DNA of 59,109 nucleotides from a virus. Taxonomy: Duplodnaviria; Caudoviricetes. Positions within the stretch are counted from its first letter, which is position 1. Each line of letters begins with the position of its first letter. The DNA lies in IMG/VR virus record IMGVR_UViG_3300030102_001767, positions 1 through 59,109 of that record. One strand, given 5' to 3'. The notes beneath the pieces were generated by a model. The model worked only from the letters and a program-made list of their open reading frames with translations. It had not been told where the DNA came from and did not search any database. This document shows positions 29,611 through 38,999 of the stretch, piece after piece. Position numbers and translations under genes: made by a program.

Positions 29611-30072
29611 ATGATAAGTTTACTTGGAAGTTTGGTAGGCTTCAGCACTTCTTTTCTCCCATCTATTCTCGGATTTTTTGAAAAAAAAGCCAAATTTAAG
29701 CAAGACTTGCTTATGCTTGAGGCCAAGGCAAAGTATGCCGAACAAATGTCTAAGTATAAAATACAAGAGCTAGATGCAGAAGCTGACATAGCCGAAGCAA
29801 AAGCTATCTATGCTCATGCTGAACAACTTTCTAAAAATAATTCATCTAAATTTATAGGTGCTTTACAGGCATCAGTACGCCCAGTTATTACTTATTTATT
29901 GTTCTCTGTGTTTGCTTTTGTTAAAGTTACACAAGTTTATATATCAGTACAACAAGGTGAAGACCCATTAGAGGGTGTAGTAGCTGCATGGGATATTGAA
30001 ACGCAAAGCATGTTTTCTGCAATAATTGCATTCTGGTTTGGGAATCGTATGATGAATCAATCGAAAAAATAA
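29611..30072 (+). CDS. holin (3TM / GTA-holin-like)
   Basis: SVRPVITY and IIAFWFGNR motifs, N-terminal amphipathic segment. Confidence 0.7.
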   Translation: MISLLGSLVGFSTSFLPSILGFFEKKAKFKQDLLMLEAKAKYAEQMSKYKIQELDAEADIAEAKAIYAHAEQLSKNNSSKFIGALQASVRPVITYLLFSVFAFVKVTQVYISVQQGEDPLEGVVAAWDIETQSMFSAIIAFWFGNRMMNQSKK

Positions 30073-30073
30073 A

Positions 30074-32266
30074 ATGGCTTATACAGATATTACACCACCA
30101 CCCGGATTAAATAAAATAGGTTCTCGCTATACAGCAAGAAATCAATGGTTTAATGGCAATCTTGTAAGATTTTTTAATGGTATTCCTGAAAAATTAGGAG
30201 GTTGGACTTCTTGGGTTAGTCTTAATCAAACAGCTTCTCCTAATAATAATATTAGATCAATATACCTTTACAAATCTAGTGATAATACAAGGTATACAGG
30301 TGTAGGAACGACATCTAATTATACAATTATAGAAGGAACATCTCCTACAGATATAACTCCTGTTACATCTCTTGTTTTAGGAAATAATCCTGTCGCATGC
30401 GTATCAGGAAATTCTTTTATAACATTTACTTGCACTGATCCACATGGATTGCAGTCAGGAGATTTAGTAAGAATATCAGGTTTAACAGGAACTATAGGAA
30501 GTATAGATTTAACAACATACAATGCTGTAGCTAGTAATTCATATGACACAAGAGTTGTATTAGCAACACCTACTACAACAACTTTTACATTATCAAGCTC
30601 TACAGCTAACGCTACTGCAAGTGGAGGAGGAAACAGTGTTTCTGTTGAAGCATATTTATCTGTTGGTTCAAACGGTTATATTTCAGGTACAGGATGGGGA
30701 GCAAGTGATTGGGGTGGTTTAATTGATAATACAGCTTGGGGTAGTACAGCTTCTTTAGATTATAAAAATCAATTAAGACTCTGGTCAGAAGATAATTTTG
30801 GTGATGATCTTCTTATAAATCCTAGAGGTGGTCCTATATATTATTGGAAAAAATCAAATGGTACAGGTCAACGAGCTAAACTAATTTCTACACAATCTCA
30901 AAGTTTATTTCCAATTAGTCAATCAGAAATAGGATCAACAGCTTTAAATGGTGGTTTAAGTAGAACAGCTACAACAATTAATGTTGTATCTACAGATGGA
31001 TTTTATACACAAAATGGATACTTAATAGTAGGAGATGAGGTTGTTTCTTATACTAATACAACTGCAACATCTTTTACAGGATGTGTAAGAGGTAAAAATA
31101 ATACTATTTCAAAAGCACATTCTACAGGTGCTTCCGTTCAACAATATCAATCAAATGCTCCTTTCTTTTCTTTACAAGTTTTAACAAGTGATCAAGATGG
31201 ACATTGTATATCTTTTGGTTGTAATCCTTATTATCAAGACGATATTAACCCTATGCATATAAGATGGTCAGATTCAGAAAACGCAATGGACTGGACACCT
31301 CGTGCTACAAATTCAGCAGGTGGTGTTGATTTAAGTAGTGGCTCAGAAATTGTTGGTGCTTTATCAGGAAGATCAGAAATACTTATATGGACAGATAAAG
31401 CAATGTATTCTATGCGATTTATAGGAGGAGATTTAGTTTTTCAATTTGATGAAATACAAGATGGAATAACAATGATTTCTCCTAGAGCGGCATCTAATGC
31501 TGGAGCTAGTACATATTTTATGGGTGAAAGAGGATTTTACAAATACTCAGGTGCTGTTGAACCAATACCTTGCCCTGTTCAAAACTATATATTTGATGAT
31601 TTAGATGTTAGTGAACAAAAAAAAGTATTTTCTGTTGCTAATCCTAGATATAATGAAGTTTGGTGGTTTTACCCAAGTAATGAAATGAACTCTACTTACT
31701 CTGGCAATCAAACAGCTAATTCTGATTTAATTCAGGCAGCTCAATCAGCAGACCCAACTAGATGTGTTATTTACAACTATGTAGAAAATACTTGGACAGT
31801 AAGCGATATGTGGCGTTCAGCAGGAGCAACTGCTTATGAAGAAGATTATATGTTATTAGGTCAGCAATTTAATACAACAAATAGTTTTTTAGTTAGACAA
31901 GATGATGGTGATAGAGCTAACAGTTTATCTGCTGATGCTATAGGAGATAATTTTAGTTCATTCATTGAAAGTGGTTCTATTCCTATAGCAGATGGTGACC
32001 AATTTATAGCTATAAAATCATTAATACATGATATGGAAATAGGAGGACAAAATCAATCAGATGTTATAGCAAAATTATCTGTAAGTAATTATCCATCCGA
32101 ATCACCAACATCATCTTCTACAAATACTGTAACAAGTACAACAACAAAAACAGATGTTCGTGCAAGAGGCAGATCAGCAGTTCTTAGATACGAACATAAA
32201 AATCAAGATTCATTTTTTAAAATATATGGCATTAGAGCAGATATTCATCCAGATGGGAGAAGATAA
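30074..32266 (+). CDS. tail tubular protein B / stabilisation (nozzle) protein
   Basis: VRFFNGIPEKLGGW, LWSEDNFGDDL, IRWSDSE, ILIWTD, EVWWFYPS, RARGR, DIHPDGRR. Confidence 0.75.
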   Translation: MAYTDITPPPGLNKIGSRYTARNQWFNGNLVRFFNGIPEKLGGWTSWVSLNQTASPNNNIRSIYLYKSSDNTRYTGVGTTSNYTIIEGTSPTDITPVTSLVLGNNPVACVSGNSFITFTCTDPHGLQSGDLVRISGLTGTIGSIDLTTYNAVASNSYDTRVVLATPTTTTFTLSSSTANATASGGGNSVSVEAYLSVGSNGYISGTGWGASDWGGLIDNTAWGSTASLDYKNQLRLWSEDNFGDDLLINPRGGPIYYWKKSNGTGQRAKLISTQSQSLFPISQSEIGSTALNGGLSRTATTINVVSTDGFYTQNGYLIVGDEVVSYTNTTATSFTGCVRGKNNTISKAHSTGASVQQYQSNAPFFSLQVLTSDQDGHCISFGCNPYYQDDINPMHIRWSDSENAMDWTPRATNSAGGVDLSSGSEIVGALSGRSEILIWTDKAMYSMRFIGGDLVFQFDEIQDGITMISPRAASNAGASTYFMGERGFYKYSGAVEPIPCPVQNYIFDDLDVSEQKKVFSVANPRYNEVWWFYPSNEMNSTYSGNQTANSDLIQAAQSADPTRCVIYNYVENTWTVSDMWRSAGATAYEEDYMLLGQQFNTTNSFLVRQDDGDRANSLSADAIGDNFSSFIESGSIPIADGDQFIAIKSLIHDMEIGGQNQSDVIAKLSVSNYPSESPTSSSTNTVTSTTTKTDVRARGRSAVLRYEHKNQDSFFKIYGIRADIHPDGRR

Positions 32267-32466
32267 TGGCAAGACAACCACTAAGACCAGCACAACAAGA
32301 ATATAATTCTGTAGATGAAGATTTGTTTAGACAACAAGTAACTAATTTTATGAACGAAATAACTAATAAAGTTGATTTAATAGAACAAGTAAAAACAACA
32401 AATAGTGCCAAAAGCGTTAGAAGGCTTCAGTTAATGATGCTTGGTGCACCAAATTGGACAGGATAA
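32266..32466 (+). CDS. hypothetical tail-module protein
   Basis: 66 aa, coupled ORF. Confidence 0.6.
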   Translation: MARQPLRPAQQEYNSVDEDLFRQQVTNFMNEITNKVDLIEQVKTTNSAKSVRRLQLMMLGAPNWTG

Positions 32467-32829
32467 ATGGCAGATAATTATAAAGTATTAGCTCAATTAA
32501 ATCCTAATGCTGCAACTCAAACAGTTCTTTATACTGTTCCTTTTAGAGAAGGAACAGGAGTTGATGCTTCTTTCCCAGCTCAAACAACTGTTAGTTCTTT
32601 AGTTGTATGTAATAGAGATACATCAACTGCTGATACATTTAGAGTCAGGGTAAAAGTTCGTAATGAAAGTGATGACAACAAACAATTCTTATATTATGAT
32701 AAAACTGTTAATGCTAAAGACACTCTTGCGGCAGTAATTGGTATTACATTAAACGAATCAGATGTCATAGAGGTATATTCTACGAATGGCACTTTAAGTT
32801 TTAACTTATTTGGAGTAGAAACAACATAA
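32467..32829 (+). CDS. structural hypothetical protein
   Basis: LYTVP...SSLVVCN...FLYYD...GITL...SFNLFGVE. Confidence 0.65.
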   Translation: MADNYKVLAQLNPNAATQTVLYTVPFREGTGVDASFPAQTTVSSLVVCNRDTSTADTFRVRVKVRNESDDNKQFLYYDKTVNAKDTLAAVIGITLNESDVIEVYSTNGTLSFNLFGVETT

Positions 32830-35800
32830 TGAATTATAATAGACCTTATAAGAATATGGCAGACCAAGTTGCAGGAAGAGGAAGGTATGGCGACACAACT
32901 TTAATGCATGTTAATCCTGCTGAAGTTCAAGCTCTTTCTAATGTAGCACCATTAACTGTAAATCCAGATACAGGTTATCCAGAAGCATTTTTACCTTTTT
33001 TAGCACCTATACTAGGTAGTTTAGGTGGTACAGCTTTAGCAACAAGTGGAGCTTTAGGAGCTTTATCTCCTTTAGCAACTTCAGGTATCGCTGCTCTAGG
33101 TTCTGGACTTGCAACAACAGCTGCAACAGGAAGTCTTGAAGAAGGCATGCTTGCTGGTCTTACTGGTTTTGGTCTTGGTCAAGTAGCTCAAGCAGGAAAT
33201 ATTTCAGGAAATTTAGCTGAAGCAGGTGCTTCAAGTGGGGTTACACCTGATCAACTTGCTAATATAAGTGCTGAGTATGTTCCAGCAGTAACTAATCCTG
33301 TTGGTGCTATGGGTCCTGTTCAATTATCTGACGCATCAATGAAACTTGCAGGTACAGGTGTTGCAGGTTTAAATCCAGTGCAAGCTGCAACTTTAACAGA
33401 CGCTGTAAATAAACCAGGAATTGGAGGTATGTTTAGTAATGCAGGGATAAAAGGAGCTGGAAGTGCTTTAATGAATCCAGCAAACTTAGCTCCTGTAGCG
33501 ATTGGTATGGGTGGAATTGCTGTAGAAGAAGATTATAAAGACTATGTAGAAAGCCTAGAAAATGCAGAACAAGCAAGAAAAGATAAAAGAGAAGCTGATA
33601 GAGCATCTTATGTAGAACAAATACCAGGCAAAGTAAATTTACAATATGCTAGTAGAAACGATAATCCTACTAGTTTGAGTGGTTCTGGTTTAGGTGGTCC
33701 TTATGCTAACAGATACGCTGCATCTGGTGGTTCTGTTCAAAGATTTGCAAATGGTGGCCCAACTCTTAATTATTTAGCAGGAGTTGGTTATACATACGAT
33801 CCAAATACTGGAATTTGGACTGGACCAAACGGAGTAACTATTCCAGACCCAGGATTTATTCCAGGTAATCCACCAAGTGAAGATGGAACTCCAGAAGAAC
33901 AAGGTTATCAATACGAAGGAACTCCGGGTCAATTTAGACCTCCTTCAGATATAGGAGCTACACCACCTCGTGGTTACAACGCTTTACCAGCAGGATATAT
34001 GCCAGGATTTGATCCTGAATTTCAATATTTAACAAACCTTACTCCAAGTGCTACAGATATAAGAGGAAATCCAGCTTATAGTGGTGTATCAGGTGGTGTT
34101 TACAATACACCTTTTGGTGACATACCAGCAAATATACCAAACCCAAATGCTACTGAGGTTGATCCAAACGCAAGAGATTTATCAGTAAACCCTTATGCTT
34201 ACGGTTCAGATTGGAATGAATTTTTAATGGGTAATGAATCTATAGGAAGAGAGTCTTATTTAGATGAATATAGGGCTTCTAATCCTTATTATCAATATGC
34301 TGATATGTCTTTTGACAATATATTTGGTGGAGGTGGTTATGGAACTCCTGATTTCCAAGGATATTATGGAAGTCCTAATTTTATTCCAGTAAATACAACA
34401 AATCCAGCACAACCCAATCCTTATGAATCTCAAATATCTGCTCTTAATGCAAGAATAGATGAGCTTATGGCAAGACTTAATCAAGGTTCTTCTGAAGAAG
34501 TACAAGAAGATAATTCAGAAGTTAAGCCAGAAGATAAGCCAGAAGATAAGCCAGAAGATGAGAAAAAAAATGAAGAACCAAATTGGGAGTTTTTTAACAG
34601 CTCTATAAATGCTGATGGATTTACTGTAACTAAATATATAGACACAAATCCTGATTCACCTACATATAATACTACTAAAGAAGAAGTAGGAACAGAAAAG
34701 ACAGAAGAAAAAAATAAAGAACCTACATGGGGAAATCCAAAAACAATAACATTAAATAATGGTCAAACTCAAACTACACTTACTGATACAAATCCTGATT
34801 CACCTACTTATGGTCAGACTAAAGTAGAAATTTCAGGTGAAGTAACAATGGAACAAGATGAAAATGGAAATTGGGTCCCGGTAGGTACTTCAAGTAGTTC
34901 TGATGATAAAGGAGGCACAGAAGATACCCCACCTGGAGGAAGTGGTGCTGACTCTATTGATGGTGGTGCTGGTAACGACATTATAACTGATGGTGCTGGT
35001 AATGATACTGTAATTGATACAGTAAATGGTGGTGCTGGTACTGATACTCTTACTGGAGGAAATGCAAACGATACTCTTACTACTCTTGAAGATTATGGTT
35101 TAACACCAGGAACAACTATTGGAGCAGGAACTCCATTTTCATTTACTATTCCAGAAGACTTTACTCTTCCAGCAAATACTACTCTTCCAGCAAATACTGG
35201 TGCAACAAACAATACTGTAACAAGCAATACAAACAACAACACAACTTCTGTAAATACTGGTCAATACATTCCTCCTATAAGCACTGGTTTTGATTATAGT
35301 AATGTGTATAATCCTTACAACATGAACTATTTAGCAGGTTTTAATATGCCAGGAGGAGGTTTTGCAGAGGGTGGCCCTGTTCCTCAATATCAGGATGGAG
35401 GACCATCATTAGCTGTATTAGAAGATTATGCTCAAGATTTACCTATGCAACCACCAGTACAACAACCAATGTCTAATCCTAAAGTAGAACAATTAGTATC
35501 TTCTTTTGAGGATGTTGCAGAACAAAGAGGGCAACCTTTATCAGAAGGCGATAGAGATTTATTAAGAAAAACTTCTCTTGTTATTCTTGGTGAAATACAA
35601 GATGACGGAAGTATAGTTTCTGAATTTGTTTCTTTATTTGGTGCTGAACAATTAGACAATTTAAAAAAATATTTAAGTCCTCCTGAAGCACAAACAAAAG
35701 GAATTATAGAGGGAGAAGGAGGAGGAATGGATGATAAAGTAAAGGGAACTCTAGGAGATGAACAAGTTGCTTTAAGTCCAGGAGAATATATCGTTACTGC

Positions 35801-35945
35801 TGATGTTGTAAGTGATTTAGGTGATGGTAATAACGCTAAAGGTGCTGAAATAATGGATCAGTTTATGGAAAGAGTTCGTGTAGCTAAACATGGAACTCCA
35901 AAACAACCAGACCCTGTAAATTTAGATGAGGTAATGCCAGTATGA
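32829..35945 (+). CDS. putative internal virion (ejection) protein with RTX-like repeats
   Basis: GRYGDTTLMHVNPAEV...TVNPDTGYPEAF N-terminus; GEGGGMDD...LSPGEYIVTADVVS..GDG C-terminus; GGxGxD repeats. Confidence 0.65.
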   Translation: MNYNRPYKNMADQVAGRGRYGDTTLMHVNPAEVQALSNVAPLTVNPDTGYPEAFLPFLAPILGSLGGTALATSGALGALSPLATSGIAALGSGLATTAATGSLEEGMLAGLTGFGLGQVAQAGNISGNLAEAGASSGVTPDQLANISAEYVPAVTNPVGAMGPVQLSDASMKLAGTGVAGLNPVQAATLTDAVNKPGIGGMFSNAGIKGAGSALMNPANLAPVAIGMGGIAVEEDYKDYVESLENAEQARKDKREADRASYVEQIPGKVNLQYASRNDNPTSLSGSGLGGPYANRYAASGGSVQRFANGGPTLNYLAGVGYTYDPNTGIWTGPNGVTIPDPGFIPGNPPSEDGTPEEQGYQYEGTPGQFRPPSDIGATPPRGYNALPAGYMPGFDPEFQYLTNLTPSATDIRGNPAYSGVSGGVYNTPFGDIPANIPNPNATEVDPNARDLSVNPYAYGSDWNEFLMGNESIGRESYLDEYRASNPYYQYADMSFDNIFGGGGYGTPDFQGYYGSPNFIPVNTTNPAQPNPYESQISALNARIDELMARLNQGSSEEVQEDNSEVKPEDKPEDKPEDEKKNEEPNWEFFNSSINADGFTVTKYIDTNPDSPTYNTTKEEVGTEKTEEKNKEPTWGNPKTITLNNGQTQTTLTDTNPDSPTYGQTKVEISGEVTMEQDENGNWVPVGTSSSSDDKGGTEDTPPGGSGADSIDGGAGNDIITDGAGNDTVIDTVNGGAGTDTLTGGNANDTLTTLEDYGLTPGTTIGAGTPFSFTIPEDFTLPANTTLPANTGATNNTVTSNTNNNTTSVNTGQYIPPISTGFDYSNVYNPYNMNYLAGFNMPGGGFAEGGPVPQYQDGGPSLAVLEDYAQDLPMQPPVQQPMSNPKVEQLVSSFEDVAEQRGQPLSEGDRDLLRKTSLVILGEIQDDGSIVSEFVSLFGAEQLDNLKKYLSPPEAQTKGIIEGEGGGMDDKVKGTLGDEQVALSPGEYIVTADVVSDLGDGNNAKGAEIMDQFMERVRVAKHGTPKQPDPVNLDEVMPV
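34524..34559 (+). repeat. 3 x 12-bp perfect tandem repeat encoding KPED
   Basis: AAGCCAGAAGAT three times. Confidence 0.9.
35163..35198 (+). repeat. 2 x 18-bp perfect tandem repeat encoding TLPANT
   Basis: ACTCTTCCAGCAAATACT twice. Confidence 0.9.
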
Positions 35946-36379
35946 AAAATATAAAAAAAACATTAGTAAAACCAAAAGACTTAGGATTTATATGGCCTTT
36001 TGTTGAAAAACTACTAAATAAAAGTATAAAAAGAAGTTATGGGAGAACTAGTACAAATGATTTACTACAAGAATGTCTTTATGGAGAAAGTCATTTGTGG
36101 ATTTTTTTCGAAGAAGACAAGTATCCTGAAATATTAGGATGTGGTATAACTCAAATAAATGATTATCCGTCAGGATTAAGAATGCTTAATATTGATCATT
36201 TAGCTGGTAATCATCAAGATAAATGGACACAAGAAGGATTAAAATTTGTAGAAGAATTTGCTAAAGATTCTAATTGTGATGGAATAGAAGCATTAGGTAG
36301 ACCAGGTTTTTGGAATTGGTTAAAAGATGATAACTGGGATCAAATAGCAGTAGCCTATCAGAAGAGGTTTTTAAATTAA
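35942..36379 (+). CDS. hypothetical protein, possible GNAT-like fold
   Basis: LNIDHLAG...EEFAKDSNCDGIEALGRPGFW; sits among ejection genes. Confidence 0.45.
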   Translation: MKNIKKTLVKPKDLGFIWPFVEKLLNKSIKRSYGRTSTNDLLQECLYGESHLWIFFEEDKYPEILGCGITQINDYPSGLRMLNIDHLAGNHQDKWTQEGLKFVEEFAKDSNCDGIEALGRPGFWNWLKDDNWDQIAVAYQKRFLN

Positions 36380-37269
36380 TGTTTAGAAGAAGAGCAAGAA
36401 GATTTAAAGGTGGTGGCGGCCCAAGTCATACAACATCAACTGTAACTCAGTCTAATTTACCTGAATATGTACAAGACGAATTTGAGGCTTTACTTAGGCG
36501 TTCAGAGTTTGAAAGTCTTCAACCCTATCAACCTTATGGTCAAGCTAGATTAGCTGGTTATTCTCCAGCAGAACAATTTGCAATGCAAGGAATAACTAAT
36601 ATTGCAAGAGTAGGAGACCCAAGACAAGTAAGGCAGGGTACTCGAATGATGGAAAATATTCCAGCTGCTATGAACAATTCAATATCTAGGACATATATGT
36701 CACCTTATTTTGCTCAAGCATTAGACCCAGCTAAAAGAGAAATAAGAAGAGAATCTGCTATGATGGGCAGAGATATAAGAGATGAAGCTGCTAGAAGAGG
36801 TGGTTTAGGTGGTTACAGAGAAGCTATTATGCAAACTGAAAGAATGCGTAACAGAAACAGACAATTAGAAGATTTAGAATATAGAGGCAGACAAGACGCA
36901 TTTATGGATGCTTCAAACAGATTTAATCAAGACAGAACATCAAGAATGGAACAAGCTCGTATGCTAAATGAAATGGGTCAAGCAAGACAAGCTGCTGCAT
37001 TTGAAAGGTTAAATGCTCTTAGAGGTATAGGTGCAGATCAAAGAGGAATGCAACAAGCAAGTCTTGATATAGGTTATGAAGACTTCTTGAGACAACAAGG
37101 TTATCCTAGTCAGCAATTAGGTATTTATGGTAATATGCTTCATGGTTCTTTCACACAACCAGATAAAAATGTAAGTCAGTTTCAACAAAGACCAGGGTTA
37201 TTTTCTCAAGCACTTGGATTAGGTTTAGGTGGATTAGGAATGTTTAACGCAATGGGTGGAGGAAGATAA
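36379..37269 (+). CDS. putative internal virion (DNA ejection) protein
   Basis: FKGGG N-terminus, YMSPY motif, Gln/Arg/Ala-rich helices, Gly-rich hydrophobic C-terminus. Confidence 0.6.
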   Translation: MFRRRARRFKGGGGPSHTTSTVTQSNLPEYVQDEFEALLRRSEFESLQPYQPYGQARLAGYSPAEQFAMQGITNIARVGDPRQVRQGTRMMENIPAAMNNSISRTYMSPYFAQALDPAKREIRRESAMMGRDIRDEAARRGGLGGYREAIMQTERMRNRNRQLEDLEYRGRQDAFMDASNRFNQDRTSRMEQARMLNEMGQARQAAAFERLNALRGIGADQRGMQQASLDIGYEDFLRQQGYPSQQLGIYGNMLHGSFTQPDKNVSQFQQRPGLFSQALGLGLGGLGMFNAMGGGR

Positions 37270-38996
37270 TGCCTATAGGACAAAATATAGTAGAGCAGCA
37301 ATACGAACTTGAAAATGTTCCAATGGATAGATTAATGTCAATGGCAGAAAGACCTGATGGTATATTTCCTCAATATCTTGTTCTAACTGAACTTGAAAGA
37401 AGAAATAAAATGAAAAGTGCATATGATATGCAAAAAGCATCTATGGAAGGTAATACAACTGTAGCTGAAGACTTAATTATGTCTTCTAGTGAAACTCCTG
37501 CTGGTATTAATGCACTTGGGACCTCCTCATCTCTCTCAAACCAGTCTGTTGATCCAGCAGGAGGAATTACTCAAATGATGGCAGGTGGAGGAGAAGTTGA
37601 AAAAGAACTTCCAAGTGCTTTTAGAAATATATTTACGCCAGTTACTGATACAGGAAATAAAGCAGTTGATAATACTATAGGAATGTTAATGAATATTCCT
37701 GATCTTTTTGTAAATACTTTTGATGGTGTAAAAGGAACTTCTTTAAAAGATAAGATAAATTTAGAAAGAGGTTATCCTGAATTAGTGCATGAAGATAGCT
37801 ATCAGTTTGAACTTGAGAATTATCTTGGTAGATATGATAAATATAAAGATAGATTAAAAAAAGACGGAGTTCCATCTAAACTGTATCAAGAAGGTGGTTC
37901 AGTTTATAGTAATCCTTACTTTGGTGATGCAGACCCTGAAGAAGTAAAAAAACTACAAGAAAAAATGCCTGGATTATCAACAGAAGATGCTGTTGCTATA
38001 ATACTAGGAATAGATACTTCTGATATAACCAAAGGTTTTGCTGGAGGAGGTAGTGCTGATGAAAATTTACCTAATAAAGGTTTAGAAGCATTAAATAAAG
38101 TAGCTCCTGAAGTTGTAGATAGAATGGGTTTTTATGGTGGAGGTCTTGCTGATATTATTGGTGGTGCAAAAGTAAAATACGCAAAAGGTCCTGATGGTTT
38201 ACCGGGAATGGATAAAACTATACAAAGACAAAACGCTCAAGAAGCTAGAGCTAGAGCTAATAAAATTATAGCTGATTTAGAAGCTCGGTATGGAGTTGGT
38301 AATATTCCTCGTTCAGAATATGAAAAAGTTAAAGATATTTTACAAGAAGCTAATTTGTATGAACAAGTAATAGAAGAAAGAGATGTAGAGCAATATAAAA
38401 AAGATTTAAAAGCAAAAGAAGAAGCTGAAGCATTAGGAGTACAAACAGAAAAATTAATTGTGCCAGATTCTGAAAGAAAGCGTATAGAGCAAGAAAAAAA
38501 AGATAGAGAAGATCAAGCACAAGCTATTATGGAAATGAGTAGTCCTGATTTTCTTGCAGAAGAAATGAAAAGATATGCTGGAATACTTGGTTTACCAAGT
38601 GAAGAAGAAAGAAGAAGAGACAAGACAACGGCTATGTTACTTGGTCTTGGTTCAAGTATAGCTAACGCAACAAATTTAGGTGATATTGGTAAATCATTCC
38701 CAGGAATATTTAATGCAATGCAAGGAATAGATAAACAAGAAACCAAAGATAAGATGGGTATTTTAAATCTTCTTGCTACACAACAAAAAACAAATACTTT
38801 AAGCAGAAAAGACCAAATAAAAGCTCTTAATGATTATTTAACAAGTAGACAAAAAGCATTAGAAATGCCTGGTACTGATGCTAAAGCTAGAGAACAAATT
38901 GAAGCAGAAATAAAACAAATAGAAGCAGCTCTGTCTTCAATGTTAGGAACACAAAGAAACACAACACAAAGTTTAACAGAATATTTAAAGGGGTAG
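37269..38996 (+). CDS. putative internal virion protein
   Basis: 575 aa, helical, with repeated (M/F/Y)xxGG motifs; lies between ejection-type genes. Confidence 0.55.
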   Translation: MPIGQNIVEQQYELENVPMDRLMSMAERPDGIFPQYLVLTELERRNKMKSAYDMQKASMEGNTTVAEDLIMSSSETPAGINALGTSSSLSNQSVDPAGGITQMMAGGGEVEKELPSAFRNIFTPVTDTGNKAVDNTIGMLMNIPDLFVNTFDGVKGTSLKDKINLERGYPELVHEDSYQFELENYLGRYDKYKDRLKKDGVPSKLYQEGGSVYSNPYFGDADPEEVKKLQEKMPGLSTEDAVAIILGIDTSDITKGFAGGGSADENLPNKGLEALNKVAPEVVDRMGFYGGGLADIIGGAKVKYAKGPDGLPGMDKTIQRQNAQEARARANKIIADLEARYGVGNIPRSEYEKVKDILQEANLYEQVIEERDVEQYKKDLKAKEEAEALGVQTEKLIVPDSERKRIEQEKKDREDQAQAIMEMSSPDFLAEEMKRYAGILGLPSEEERRRDKTTAMLLGLGSSIANATNLGDIGKSFPGIFNAMQGIDKQETKDKMGILNLLATQQKTNTLSRKDQIKALNDYLTSRQKALEMPGTDAKAREQIEAEIKQIEAALSSMLGTQRNTTQSLTEYLKG

Positions 38997-38999
38997 CCT

